Origin: Patescibacteria group bacterium
GTDB lineage: Bacteria > Patescibacteriota > JAHJAL01
DNA: 64,000 bases
Direction: 5' to 3'
Assembly (NCBI GenBank): GCA_049322675.1
Contig: JBMORM010000017.1
Span: forward strand, 3,928 to 67,927
The notes under the pieces were generated by a model. It did no database searches and had not been told where the DNA came from. It saw only the letters and a list, made by a program, of their open reading frames with translations. Positions 38,044-48,523 of the stretch are shown here, piece by piece (position 1 is the first letter of the stretch; every line of letters starts with the position of its first letter). The translations under genes were made by a program, and so were the position numbers.

Positions 38044-39398
38044 TATTCAAAAATAAAAAAATGATTATGAAAAGTGATGGCGACAATAGCAAAGAACTGG
38101 TAGGAGAAAATTTAACATTGGATCACAATATTGATGTGAGTGTCAATTTAACAAAAGAAAGAAGATTTGATCTTGATTTTAATAAATTGAGTCAAAGAAC
38201 CGGCCAAATGTTGGATGATGAGGACGGTAAGATTGGTGAGGTAGAAAAAACATCAAAGTTGATTGAAAGAAATGGAGAGGAAATTGCCCCTGGAATAAAA
38301 ATCCAGACGAGTGGCTGGAGAATTATTTTTGAACAGGATTTAGATAAGTGCAAATTGTTTGATAATCAGCGTTTTGCTTTAAGGTATTTTGACAAAAATA
38401 AGAAAATTTCTAAAATATGTTATTTTACAAAGGATGGAATTGTAAGTTTGTTTGACAATAATTGTGGAAATATATATGAGTTGAAATTGCCGATTGATGG
38501 TTTAAATATGGCAAATGAAAAATATTTTGCCAGATTACGTTTGGTGTTACAGGAAAAGATAGATAACAAAAATGAATATAAGGATTTATCTTTTGACGAT
38601 TTTGATGTCTTGATAAAATTTTTTGATTTTCAAAGAAATGGAATTGATGTTTTCGCTGATCAAACCGATAAAATTGCGAGTGAGAAAGATATTCCAAAAG
38701 AGATAAATGAGAATTTAAATCAGGTAACTGGTTTTTGTTTGGAGCTAAATAATTTGATTGATAAAAATGGTTATGATAATAATTATAAAATAAAGCAATT
38801 GATGTTGGATGATGGGGGGAGGGATGATCGAGTATTGGATTATTATAATTTCCAGGCTTTCCCTGAGCAGGGCAAAATATATGGAAATATTAATTGTTTG
38901 GAAAAAGAATATTCATTATCAATCATTTATCATGAGGCGGCACACATATTTTATGAATCAATTCCGGAAGATAGGGCTGATGGAATTTGCAAACAAAAAA
39001 TAAAGAATGATTTTTATGAATTATTGGATGTTTGTGGATTAGACAAAACTAAGTTGGATTTTAAAACGGAATATCGGCAGGCGTTTGAAAAAAATGAGTT
39101 ATTTCGGATAATTGATGAGTCAAGGTATGTAAAAACTAATTTGTCTGAGAAAGATAAGAACAAACCGGGACATCCTTATGACGGTTTTGAAGAAATGTTT
39201 GCCAGTATTATTGCGATCACGCAAATTCCGCAATATAGAGAACAAATGATTAATAATCTAAAATTGAGTTCGTTGGATGATAAACAAAAAACTGCCTTAT
39301 CGAAGGCAATTAATGATTGTTTAAAGACGATGAATAAATCGGGGATTGAGGTGGAATGGAGAGAAGAAAACTCTTATAAACCCTTAGAAACTCTTTAA
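38040..39398 (+). CDS. Hypothetical protein with HExxH motif ([12 protein letters not shown]), possible zinc metallopeptidase-like; start uncertain (38040 or 38061)
   Basis: Motif seen in sequence only; no other family signature recognised. Confidence 0.4.
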   Translation: MIFKNKKMIMKSDGDNSKELVGENLTLDHNIDVSVNLTKERRFDLDFNKLSQRTGQMLDDEDGKIGEVEKTSKLIERNGEEIAPGIKIQTSGWRIIFEQDLDKCKLFDNQRFALRYFDKNKKISKICYFTKDGIVSLFDNNCGNIYELKLPIDGLNMANEKYFARLRLVLQEKIDNKNEYKDLSFDDFDVLIKFFDFQRNGIDVFADQTDKIASEKDIPKEINENLNQVTGFCLELNNLIDKNGYDNNYKIKQLMLDDGGRDDRVLDYYNFQAFPEQGKIYGNINCLEKEYSLSIIYHEAAHIFYESIPEDRADGICKQKIKNDFYELLDVCGLDKTKLDFKTEYRQAFEKNELFRIIDESRYVKTNLSEKDKNKPGHPYDGFEEMFASIIAITQIPQYREQMINNLKLSSLDDKQKTALSKAINDCLKTMNKSGIEVEWREENSYKPLETL

Positions 39399-39436
39399 AA
39401 CTCTTATTAATTTCAGTTTGTAAGAGTTTGTAAGGG
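39381..39436. terminator. Bidirectional terminator hairpin (cccttagaaactctt ... aagagtttgtaaggg) between convergent genes
   Basis: 15-bp stem with one mismatch; overlaps the stop of the 38040-39398 gene. Confidence 0.6.
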
Positions 39437-39461
39437 TTTTAAGTTTAGAAGTGTTTGAAAT

Positions 39462-40508
39462 TTATAAAACTGATTTTTGATAACAACTTTCGCAATAAAC
39501 CTTCTCCGTTCGCTCCGGCGCATAAGTAGTTTCAAATTCATTTGTGCATCTGCCTTGATGTTGACACTCGCTCTTTCTAGTTAATTGTTCATTGTTAATT
39601 GTTAATTTCCCCTCACACATGCATTGTCTGTGCCAAAGTTTTCTCGGATTGAGTTTGGCCAGGCGATCGATGTGTCGCTGGTCGGGATGTCGGCGAGGGA
39701 TTTGAATATTTCTTTCGATATATTGGGCGAGTTCTTGGGGTAGGATTTTGAAAGGTCGGCCGGTAATTTCACATTTTAAAATACTTTTCAGACAATTGTC
39801 TATTTCTGTTTGCGCTTCGGGATTACTTTGAGGGTTGTAAATAGAAATGTCTTTCGGTTCATAGAATGGTCCGTCATATTTTATACCATAGTCATTATCT
39901 TGCCATTTGGCATTGATTTTTTCGGCTTGATTTTTTGTTAGAGGAAAATATTCCATCGCGACGGTTTCGTTGTAGCCGAAGGGGGAAATGTTCATGGGAA
40001 AAAATTGTCCCCATTCGTTGGTCTTTTCCATATGATTAATAATTTGTGGGACTAGTTTTTCGTATTCTTTTTTGCTGTATTGTTTGTTTAGAATGCAATA
40101 TTGTTTGTGATTGAGACCGACGCAGCCAAAGAGGTTTTGACTGTTGAAATTGGCAAAAGAATAAAGACAATCTTGACTGGCGACCAGATGGGCGCAAAAG
40201 CTGCTGCGAGGGATTTGAAAAGCTGAACAGATTTGGTAGTTTAGCTCGCTCCAACCGAGTGAGCTGATATCCATTGAATCTTTGAGTTCGTATCCGATAG
40301 AAATATTTTTGCAATTATCAGATTTATCAAAATAAAATCCATGGGAAACATTGCGGCAATTTTTCAAATGATCTCCAGTGCAGTTTTCGCAAAAGATTAG
40401 ATCGGCAAATTTGTAGCGATATTTTTTTAGGTGATTATTGGATTCATCGATTGCTTTGTTGACTCCTGTTGAACTGGATAAATATTCTTTGATTTTTTCA
40501 AAGTACAT
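39462..40508 (-). CDS. Cys-rich protein, C-terminal part; in the same frame as 40704-41225 across a single TAA
   Basis: Frame stays open from 40508 up to the TAA at 40704-40706, encoding ...CENLYNSVNCAKCNNSSYLNDCAGCDNCHFCQDCLECKDC...; many CxxC pairs. Confidence 0.5.
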   Translation of the reverse strand: MYFEKIKEYLSSSTGVNKAIDESNNHLKKYRYKFADLIFCENCTGDHLKNCRNVSHGFYFDKSDNCKNISIGYELKDSMDISSLGWSELNYQICSAFQIPRSSFCAHLVASQDCLYSFANFNSQNLFGCVGLNHKQYCILNKQYSKKEYEKLVPQIINHMEKTNEWGQFFPMNISPFGYNETVAMEYFPLTKNQAEKINAKWQDNDYGIKYDGPFYEPKDISIYNPQSNPEAQTEIDNCLKSILKCEITGRPFKILPQELAQYIERNIQIPRRHPDQRHIDRLAKLNPRKLWHRQCMCEGKLTINNEQLTRKSECQHQGRCTNEFETTYAPERTEKVYCESCYQKSVL

Positions 40509-40703
40509 TTCTTTGGATAATAGCTGATTGAAAAAATAATATTTTTTGTGACTGAGATTGGCTGAGGCAAAGCAATCTTTGCATTCCAGGCAGTCTTGGC
40601 AAAAATGGCAATTGTCGCAACCGGCACAATCATTTAAATATGAACTATTATTGCATTTGGCACAATTGACTGAATTGTATAAGTTTTCGCAATAACTAAT
40701 CCA

Positions 40704-41225
40704 TTAGTTATCAATGTTATTTTTTCCATTAAGAGAGTAGGTATTGTAATAGCAGTTTTCGTTGTAATGTCCGCCGACATTGAGATAGCAATTTTTGCTT
40801 TCGGATTCATGGTTGGTAAAATCACTGTTTTCATTGTTGGTACTGACGAGACTGAGCAGTTTGCTTTTGTGCAATAGTTGATTGAATTGTTTGAAAAATG
40901 ACTGGTCAAAATTATAATTTTGACCAATGTTGACCGGGTCCCATTGGTCGGACCAAAAACAGTTGGCGCAGCAGACTTTGTAGTCTTTATCTGGTGAATA
41001 AATCGAGACTATTTCTTTTTGACAAAGATGACATTTTCTTTTGTATAATTTTCGTTCATTACGCCAGACTAGACGCTGTTGTTCGCGACATTGTGGACAG
41101 AGAGAGGGGAGAGGAATTGGAAACTTTTTTTCGTTTGTTTCAGGGGATATTTTAGTCAAAAGAGCAATATCTTCGTTGGTGATAGAGAAATTGATCTGAC
41201 ATTGAGAGCAAATTTTTGATTCCAT
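40704..41225 (-). CDS. Cys-rich protein, N-terminal part (zinc-ribbon-like CxxC...CxxC pairs), terminated by an in-frame TAA
   Basis: CSQC...CPQC...CHLC...CCANC. Confidence 0.5.
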   Translation of the reverse strand: MESKICSQCQINFSITNEDIALLTKISPETNEKKFPIPLPSLCPQCREQQRLVWRNERKLYKRKCHLCQKEIVSIYSPDKDYKVCCANCFWSDQWDPVNIGQNYNFDQSFFKQFNQLLHKSKLLSLVSTNNENSDFTNHESESKNCYLNVGGHYNENCYYNTYSLNGKNNIDN

Positions 41226-41346
41226 GCTGAGTTTGGTTTATTGTTGTGTTTTTATTTTATCTTTTTTGTAATTTTTTTTCTAATTTATGGTTTGAAAATT
41301 GGTGGAGGGAGTGTTACGCTATCTATAGATTTTAAAGGAGGCAAAA

Positions 41347-41865
41347 ATGGTAATGAGTTGGAATATATTTATTGTCTTTTGCGTTCTGGTATCGGTGCTC
41401 TATGGCTTTATTTTGCAGAGAAACAAAATTATTTTGAGTTTGATAAATGTCTATATTGCTTTGGCAGTGGTGACAGTTGTTGGTCCCAGTTTTAACAATT
41501 TGATGCAGAAGGTGGGGTTGGTGATGCTAAATGAAAGCATCTCCGGGAGGTTATTTAGTTTGTTTTTAACGCAAACTTTTTTGTTTGTTTCGTTAATCTT
41601 GCTATTGTCGATTAGAGCGGAACATGCACAAGCGATGGCCGACGTTAAAGTTAGTCATCCGATGATATTGTCCTTTGTTTATAGTGTTTTGTTTGCTTTG
41701 ATCGTGGCATCCACAATAATTTCGTTCTTATCTCCCGAATTACAGGCCAATATCAATTCTCAATCCAATATTATCTCTTGGATTATGGCGCAAAAATCGC
41801 TTTGGATTATTTTTCCGGTTGTTCTTATGATTGTTTCTAGTTATTTTATAGTGCCTGAAGAATAA
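41347..41865 (+). CDS. Hypothetical membrane protein (4-5 TM)
   Basis: AAGGAGG SD before ATG 41347; hydrophobic helices. Confidence 0.45.
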   Translation: MVMSWNIFIVFCVLVSVLYGFILQRNKIILSLINVYIALAVVTVVGPSFNNLMQKVGLVMLNESISGRLFSLFLTQTFLFVSLILLLSIRAEHAQAMADVKVSHPMILSFVYSVLFALIVASTIISFLSPELQANINSQSNIISWIMAQKSLWIIFPVVLMIVSSYFIVPEE

Positions 41866-42104
41866 TTTTTTTCTTGCCAAGAACGTGTTTTGACTGTTAA
41901 GATGTTATTGTCGCTGTTTAGGTATGCAGTGATGTCTTAAAAAAATACAAGTTTCAAGTACCAAGGCTCAAGTTTCAAGATTTCGAATGTATTTACACAA
42001 AAAAATTGTCGCAGAAATTTTTTTGTAGAGGAGGAGGCGTTCTGGTGGTGAAGTGAGAGACAGTATGTCTGGCTCGCACGCAACGTTAAGAACGACTTTG
42101 ACGA

Positions 42105-42177
42105 GGGTGCATAGCTCAGTCGGTAGAGCAGCTGCCTTTTAAGCAGAAGGTCGGAGGTTCGAATCCCCCTGCACCCA
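42105..42177 (+). tRNA. tRNA-Lys (anticodon TTT)
   Basis: GGGTGCA/TGCACCC acceptor, anticodon loop CTTTTAA, T-arm GGTTCGAATCC. Confidence 0.85.
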
Positions 42178-42428
42178 TTTTTTTGGGAAATTCCGGTTTT
42201 GACGGTTAAAATTCATATTTAACCGTTTTTTTGTGTTAAGAAAGCATATTATTTGCAAAAAAGATATTGAAATATCGGTTGGGTTGAAATTTTTTATTAT
42301 TCGTTATTGTTGATTATTTATTAAAAATTTGAGGAAGACAGAAATTTATTTGTGTAATCTTGCTATTTTTATCTTTAAGGGAAATGTTTATACTTAGATA
42401 AGTAATAATTTGATTTAAATATATAAAA

Positions 42429-44558
42429 ATGAATCATATTAAATGGTCTTTGATCGTCTTGATTTTGTTTTCGTTTTTTCCTTGGACAGCCAAAGCTGAC
42501 AAATTTTTGGGATCTGATTTGGTGATAAAATTGCAGGATGGGGTAACGGTGGAGGATTTTTTATTGGCAAATAATATAAATATTGATCAGATAAAAATTG
42601 GGCGTAATGGATATATTTTAGTAAAAGCGGAAAGTAGTCGAGCAAATGTTTTAGGAGTGGAAAATTGGAAGAAAATTGATCGAGTGATGGCTGATGGAGA
42701 AGCGACGATTTTGGTTACCAAGCCAAATGATCCATATTATGTTGATTCTGAAGATATGCAGTGGAATTTAAAGAAGATTGGGATGGAGACTGTTTGGGAT
42801 AATTATAAAGGAACGACAGAGGTGGTGGTGGCAGTGGTTGATACTGGTCTAAATTTTCGTCATGAAGATATGTCCAATTTGATTTGGGTTAATGATGATG
42901 AAATACCAAATAACGAGATTGATGATGATGGCAACGGTTTTGTCGATGATTATAACGGATACAATTTTATTAGCACATCTGGAAATATTGATGATGACAA
43001 TGATCATGGAACGGCTGTTTCTTCGATTATTGCTGCTAATACCAATAATGGTACGGGAATGGCGGGAGTGTGTTGGAAAGCGCGAATTATGCCTTTGAAA
43101 GTCGCAAACGCGGGTGGTTCGGCTAGTTTATTTGATATTGCCCAGGCAATATATTATGCGGTTGACAATGGTGCCAAGGTGATAAATCTTAGTTTAGGGG
43201 CAATGATAGACCAGGAAGATATGAGAGAGTCGGTACAATATGCCAAAGAAAAGGGAGTGGTGTTGGTAGCGGCAGCTGGAAATTCGGAAAGTAGTGGTCA
43301 AAGCGTGAATTCTTTGTATTATCCAGCCAATTATCCTTCCGTAATTGCAGTTGGAGCAACTGATGTTAATGACGAAATAGCTTCTTTGGGAAATTCTTCT
43401 TTCATGTCTCATCGGGGAAAAAATTTGGATTTGGTGGCGCCGGGAGTAGATGTATTGGCGGCAACCAGCGGTCGAGACGGTGATTCGTATGCAAAGTATG
43501 ATGGTACTTCTATGTCAGTGCCACAGGTAGTTGGAGCGACTGTTTTGTTGTGGGAAAAAAATATCGGTTTATCTGGAGATGAGGTCGAAACGGCGATTAA
43601 GTCGTCGGTAAAAAAAGTAGCTGATATGACCGGTGACTTTGATGAAAGATATGGAAATGGGCGATTGGATATATTGGCTGCTTTGGATTCGGTGAAAGCG
43701 TATGTTCCGGATGATGAAGAAGATGAGCCCGATCAAACGATTCCGGCAGAAGATAATGATGACGAAGATGATTCAAGTAGTGATTATAATCCTGCTGATT
43801 TTGGAAAAGATTTTTCGGCGAAGTGGGTTAAACAATCAAATTATTGGTATTTGCGACCTGGTGAAAAGAGAAAGGTTTGGATTGAATTCAAAAATAACGG
43901 TGATGCTTTGTGGCAACTTGATGGTAATAATGCCGTTCATCTGGGAACAGACCGAAATTTTGATCGATTAAGCCGTTTTTATGATCAAAATACTTGGTTG
44001 ACGGCGAATCGTTTGCGGGCGATCAATAATAAAAGTGTGCGACCGGGTGAGATTATGAGATTTGAATTTGAAATTGTGGCGCCTTACCAGGAAGGTTCTT
44101 ATAATGAATACTTTCGATTGGTGGCGGAAAATAAAAAATGGTTAAATGATTTGGGAGTGTTTTGGAATTTTACTGTGACCAATAAGGAAATTTACTCGTC
44201 AGCTTGGGTTGATCAGTCAGGATATTTGACTTTAAAACAAGATGAAAAAGGTAGTAGTTGGTTTGATTTTGTAAATAATGGTACGGCGGTATGGTATAGA
44301 GATGGTGATAATGCGGTTCATCTGGGAACTGATCGGATTAAAGATAGGTATAGTTCATTTTATGATTCTAACACTTGGTTGGGGCCAAACCGGATAGTAT
44401 TGAAGCAGTCGCAGGTAAATCCGGGGGAAATAGGTCGTTTTGGTTTTGATGTTTTTCCGAAAAACAAGGGCACTTTTACTGAATATTTTAGGCCCTTGGT
44501 GGAAAATAAAGAATGGTTGTCTGACCAAGGAGTGTTTTTGCAGTATTTGGTATATTAA
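42429..44558 (+). CDS. S8-family serine peptidase (subtilisin-like) with C-terminal tandem Ig-like repeats
   Basis: Signal peptide; catalytic triad motifs VAVVDTGL (Asp), HGTAVSSIIAA (His), GTSMSVPQVVGA (Ser); C-terminal two about 115-aa repeats shared with 30740-32158 and 54286-56655. Confidence 0.9.
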   Translation: MNHIKWSLIVLILFSFFPWTAKADKFLGSDLVIKLQDGVTVEDFLLANNINIDQIKIGRNGYILVKAESSRANVLGVENWKKIDRVMADGEATILVTKPNDPYYVDSEDMQWNLKKIGMETVWDNYKGTTEVVVAVVDTGLNFRHEDMSNLIWVNDDEIPNNEIDDDGNGFVDDYNGYNFISTSGNIDDDNDHGTAVSSIIAANTNNGTGMAGVCWKARIMPLKVANAGGSASLFDIAQAIYYAVDNGAKVINLSLGAMIDQEDMRESVQYAKEKGVVLVAAAGNSESSGQSVNSLYYPANYPSVIAVGATDVNDEIASLGNSSFMSHRGKNLDLVAPGVDVLAATSGRDGDSYAKYDGTSMSVPQVVGATVLLWEKNIGLSGDEVETAIKSSVKKVADMTGDFDERYGNGRLDILAALDSVKAYVPDDEEDEPDQTIPAEDNDDEDDSSSDYNPADFGKDFSAKWVKQSNYWYLRPGEKRKVWIEFKNNGDALWQLDGNNAVHLGTDRNFDRLSRFYDQNTWLTANRLRAINNKSVRPGEIMRFEFEIVAPYQEGSYNEYFRLVAENKKWLNDLGVFWNFTVTNKEIYSSAWVDQSGYLTLKQDEKGSSWFDFVNNGTAVWYRDGDNAVHLGTDRIKDRYSSFYDSNTWLGPNRIVLKQSQVNPGEIGRFGFDVFPKNKGTFTEYFRPLVENKEWLSDQGVFLQYLVY

Positions 44559-44575
44559 TTGTATTGTTTTGTTTT

Positions 44576-44620
44576 TGAAAAAGACCGAATTTGATCTATT
44601 AAATCGGTCTTTTTTTTTGG
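44576..44620. terminator. Bidirectional intrinsic terminator (aaaaagaccgaattt...aaatcggtcttttttttt) between S8 protease and lepA
   Basis: Stem agaccga/tcggtct with A-run and T-run flanks. Confidence 0.8.
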
Positions 44621-44647
44621 TGATTTTGATAAGGAAAATGATTGTTG

Positions 44648-46441
44648 TTACTCGTTGTCTCGTTTGATGATTTGGATGAAAGCGTCTTGAGGGATTTCTA
44701 CTTTGCCAAATTTTTGCATGCGCTTTTTCCCTTTTTTCTGTTTTTCCCAAAGTTTGCGTTTGCGGGAAATATCTCCGCCGTAAAGATATCCGGTTACGTC
44801 TTTTTTGAGGGCGGGTATATCTTCTCTGGCAATAATTTTGGTACCAATGGCGGCTTGAATTGGTATTTTTATTTGTTGTCTGGGTATGATTTCTTTCAGT
44901 TTTTTCGTGATATGACGTCCTAAATATTCAGCTTTTTGTCGGTGGACGATTAGAGATAGAGATTCAATTATGTCATCGTTGACAATAATATTGAGTTTGA
45001 TTAGGTCTTCTTGTCGATAACCGATTAGGTCGTAGTTTAATGAAGCATAACCTTGGGAAATGGATTTCAGTTGGTCGTAGTAGTCGGTTATGAGTTCTGA
45101 GAGTGGAATTTCAAAGATAAGCATCGAACGGTTTTCTCCGAGAAATTGGTTGTTGATATAATTTCCCCGGTGTTTTTTGGTCATTTCGATGATTGAGCCA
45201 ATGTATTGATTGGGAGTGATAATTTCGGTTTTTGTCCAAGGTTCTTTAATAGTTTTAATATTGGTGGCATCGGGTAGTTCGACCGGGTTTTTTATGGTGA
45301 TTTCGGTGTTGTCATTGAGAGTGATTTGGTAATTAACAGTGGGAGTGGTCAAAATGACATTGAGGTCAAATTCTCGAGATAATCTTTCTTTGATAATTTC
45401 AATGTGTAATAATCCAAGAAATCCACAGCGAAAACCAGGTCCGAGGGCGGGTGACATTTCAGGTTGGAAAGTAAAGGAAGCGTCGTTGAGCGACAATTTG
45501 TCCACAGCGTCTTTGAGAGTTTGGTATTCTTTTCCTTCTTCGCAATAAATACCGGCAAAAACTTTGGGTGGAATTTCTGAATATCCGGGGAGAGGAGTTT
45601 GGGAAGGATTATTGATGGTAGTGATGGTATCACCGACACGACACTCGCCCACGCTTTTTAAACCAGTAGCAATGTATCCGATTTCACCGGTATTTAATTG
45701 TTGTTGTTCTTCGTATTGTGGTCTAAGAAAACCTAGTTGGGAAATATCGGTTTGGTGTTGGGTGGCAAGAAGATTAATAATATTTGAACGATTGATCCGG
45801 CCATTGACGATACGAACGTAGGCAATAACACCTAGATAAGAGTCGTATTTTGAATCAAAAATTAGAGCTTGGGTGGCTTGTTGATTATCTCCGGTGGGAC
45901 AAGGAATTTTTTCAATGATAGTTTGCAATAGTAGTTCGACATTTTCGCCGGTTTTGGCGCTGACCAAAATAATTTCTTCTGGTTTGAAACCAAAAGCGGT
46001 ACATATTTCTTGACTGACTTTTTCGGGTTGGGCGGCGGGCAGATCTATTTTATTGATAACTGGAATGATGTTCAAATTATGTTCGAGGGCGAGATAGGTA
46101 TTGGCGATAGTTTGTGCTTGAATGCCTTGGGTAGCGTCAACCAACAACAGGGCTCCTTCTACGGCGGCTAGGCTGCGTGATACTTCATAAGCAAAATCAA
46201 CATGACCAGGAGTGTCGATCAAATTGAGAATGTGGTTTTGGTATTCCATGCGAGCTGGAGTGAGTTTGATAGTAATACCTCTCTCTTGTTCGATATCCAT
46301 TTGATCCAATATTTGATTGCGCATTTTTCTTTTTTCGATAGTTCCGGTGATTTCCAGTAATCTGTCGGCTAAGGTAGATTTGCCGTGATCAATGTGGGCG
46401 ATAATGCAAAAGTTTCTGATTTTATCCAAGGAATAATTCAT
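44648..46441 (-). CDS. lepA: Elongation factor 4 (LepA)
   Basis: IRNFCIIAHIDHGKSTLADRLL, DTPGHVDF, NKID G-domain motifs and LepA C-terminal domain. Confidence 0.95.
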   Translation of the reverse strand: MNYSLDKIRNFCIIAHIDHGKSTLADRLLEITGTIEKRKMRNQILDQMDIEQERGITIKLTPARMEYQNHILNLIDTPGHVDFAYEVSRSLAAVEGALLLVDATQGIQAQTIANTYLALEHNLNIIPVINKIDLPAAQPEKVSQEICTAFGFKPEEIILVSAKTGENVELLLQTIIEKIPCPTGDNQQATQALIFDSKYDSYLGVIAYVRIVNGRINRSNIINLLATQHQTDISQLGFLRPQYEEQQQLNTGEIGYIATGLKSVGECRVGDTITTINNPSQTPLPGYSEIPPKVFAGIYCEEGKEYQTLKDAVDKLSLNDASFTFQPEMSPALGPGFRCGFLGLLHIEIIKERLSREFDLNVILTTPTVNYQITLNDNTEITIKNPVELPDATNIKTIKEPWTKTEIITPNQYIGSIIEMTKKHRGNYINNQFLGENRSMLIFEIPLSELITDYYDQLKSISQGYASLNYDLIGYRQEDLIKLNIIVNDDIIESLSLIVHRQKAEYLGRHITKKLKEIIPRQQIKIPIQAAIGTKIIAREDIPALKKDVTGYLYGGDISRKRKLWEKQKKGKKRMQKFGKVEIPQDAFIQIIKRDNE

Positions 46442-46495
46442 GATAGATTAAGATTAGTAGATTGTTTTAATTGTGAATAAGGAAGGGTAAGGGAT

Positions 46496-47020
46496 ATGTT
46501 GATTAGAGAGTTTGTTGGAGCTGATTGTATGATTGCCAAACAAGAAGTTTTGGTGGGAAAAGTGGTGGAAGTGGTGGTAGATCCCAATCGGCCAAAAATT
46601 GTAGCCTTGATTGTGGGTCAGGATGAGAAGAAATCAAAGAGGAAAATTGTAAAAATTGCTAGTGTGATTGACGGATGGAACGGATTGGTTTGGATTAAAT
46701 CTCGAGAAAATCTGCTTGATTTTGATAAAGCAAAAATTATTGCTGATATTGTTGGGCGAGGATATCTGGTGTTGGGTCGTTGGGCCTTGAATAAAAATTT
46801 GGATAGAATTGGAAAAATAATGGATTTTGATTTTGACTTGTTGACAGGAATGATCAATAATTTTCATCTGGAAAAAGGAATAGGTTGGTGGAAGCAGAAA
46901 AGGATTATTGGCGCAAGGTTGTTTATTGAGATAATTGCTAAAGGGGTAGTATTTGATCTGGAAAGTTCAGCCGATTTGCGTTTGCAAAAAATTCAAGAAG
47001 TAGAATTGGTTATTCAATGA
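46496..47020 (+). CDS. PRC-barrel domain protein (two PRC-like repeats)
   Basis: VLVGKVVEVVVDPNRPKIVALIV and IVGRGYLVLGRWALNKNLDRIGKIMDFDFD resemble PRC-barrel/YlmC-like segments. Confidence 0.45.
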   Translation: MLIREFVGADCMIAKQEVLVGKVVEVVVDPNRPKIVALIVGQDEKKSKRKIVKIASVIDGWNGLVWIKSRENLLDFDKAKIIADIVGRGYLVLGRWALNKNLDRIGKIMDFDFDLLTGMINNFHLEKGIGWWKQKRIIGARLFIEIIAKGVVFDLESSADLRLQKIQEVELVIQ

Positions 47021-47919
47021 TTTTTTTGACGGTGGTATTTTTGGTGAACTTCTTTAAGATGTTTGTCGGTGAGATGGGTATATATTTGGGTAGTGGTGAT
47101 TGAACTGTGTCCAAGTAAGCTTTGGACGGAGCGAAGATCAGCGCCATTGATTAGTAAATCGGTGGCAAATGAGTGTCTTAGGGTGTGAGGAGTAACTTTT
47201 TTGACTAGGCCGGCTTTTTTGGCGGTTTTACGGATAATTCTTTGGATGGAACGGGCGGTTAGGACACTAGTGTTTTGGTTTTTTTTATGATGACTGACAA
47301 ATAAATATGGATTGATGTCTTTTCGGATAGCGAGATATTTTTTTATTGTTTGAAAACAATTGTCCGAGAGAAAAACTACTCTTGATTTGCCACCTTTGCC
47401 AGTGACAGATATTTCTTGGCGGTCGAATCCTAAATTTTCTTTGGTTAGTTTTATCAACTCACTGACTCGCAATCCTGTGCTGAAGAGTGTTTGCAATATA
47501 GCGTTATCGCGAAGGTTTTGAATGTCTTTTGCATCTTTAAATGTGGCCAAGAGTTGGTCAATTTCTTCTTGTTCCAAAAATTCTGGTGGTTCTTTTTTTT
47601 CTTTTATTAGTTCAATTTTTTCCGGACTAAATGAAGGAATATCTTTTTTTTGAAGAAATTTTAAAAAGGAGCGGAGGGCGATAAGATGGTAATTTTGGGT
47701 TTTTTGACTAATGCTTTCGTGGTGTGTGTTTTTGTGTGTTAGTAGGTGGAGTCGAAAAGTACGAATTTTTTTTTCATCAATTTCGGATACATTGATATTT
47801 TTGGTAAAATTGAGAAAACGACCAAGATAGTGAGAGTAGTTTTCGATTGTTTTTTTGCTTTTACCTTTTTCAAGTTGGCAATACTCGATAAATTGATCGA
47901 TACTTTGGCTTAGTTTCAT
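47014..47919 (-). CDS. Tyrosine site-specific recombinase, XerC/XerD family
   Basis: N-terminal SAM-like core-binding domain; catalytic box HTLRHSFATDLLINGADLRSVQSLLGHSSITTTQIYTHL with Arg, His-x-x-Arg and Tyr. Confidence 0.85.
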   Translation of the reverse strand: MKLSQSIDQFIEYCQLEKGKSKKTIENYSHYLGRFLNFTKNINVSEIDEKKIRTFRLHLLTHKNTHHESISQKTQNYHLIALRSFLKFLQKKDIPSFSPEKIELIKEKKEPPEFLEQEEIDQLLATFKDAKDIQNLRDNAILQTLFSTGLRVSELIKLTKENLGFDRQEISVTGKGGKSRVVFLSDNCFQTIKKYLAIRKDINPYLFVSHHKKNQNTSVLTARSIQRIIRKTAKKAGLVKKVTPHTLRHSFATDLLINGADLRSVQSLLGHSSITTTQIYTHLTDKHLKEVHQKYHRQKNH

Positions 47920-48018
47920 AGTGATATTTATTGTGCGACTTTTTTATTATAGTTGAATTTGTTTTTTTATTGAATTATTTTTTGAGGGAAAATTTGGTTT
48001 ATCTGGGTAAGTAATAAA

Positions 48019-48450
48019 TTGAATATGCTATTTACTCCTCATTTATTGGCAGGGGCAGCGATTGGTTTAGCATTTGAAGATTGGTGGTGGATTATTTTTT
48101 TGTCCTTGTTGTTTCATTTGTTGTTTGATTTGATTCCGCATTTTGATCCACCGTATGAGCGAACCAAAAAGTATTATTTGTGGTCTTCGTTGGATTTATT
48201 GATAGGATGGTTAGTGGTGATGTGGATAACCAATGAAGTATTTTCTCCCTTGGTTTTGCTGGGAATGTTGGTTAGTATTCTTCCGGATGTGTTGACTTTT
48301 TTGGTTGTGTCTTTAAGACTGAGATATCTTTACGGATATGTTGAATTTCATAAGAGAATTCAAACTGATTGGTCTTTGGTTGGTGGGATGTTGATACAGT
48401 TGGGGATAGTTGCGGGGATAATATATTGGCGATTTTTTATTTACGGATAG
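48019..48450 (+). CDS. Hypothetical membrane protein (4 TM)
   Basis: Hydrophobic helices only. Confidence 0.4.
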   Translation: MNMLFTPHLLAGAAIGLAFEDWWWIIFLSLLFHLLFDLIPHFDPPYERTKKYYLWSSLDLLIGWLVVMWITNEVFSPLVLLGMLVSILPDVLTFLVVSLRLRYLYGYVEFHKRIQTDWSLVGGMLIQLGIVAGIIYWRFFIYG

Positions 48451-48523
48451 CCTGAGATGATACAGCCGCTTCTGGATTATTTGCTTAGGATTGAATTATG
48501 ATAGATGGTAGGGACTGTTCTGA

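Noticed and set aside
40427-40927. Two minus-strand ORFs (40427-40633, 40634-40927) bridging the gap between the Cys-rich ORFs
   Set aside because: They are in other frames. The Cys-rich frame itself is open across the gap except for one TAA, which explains the region better.
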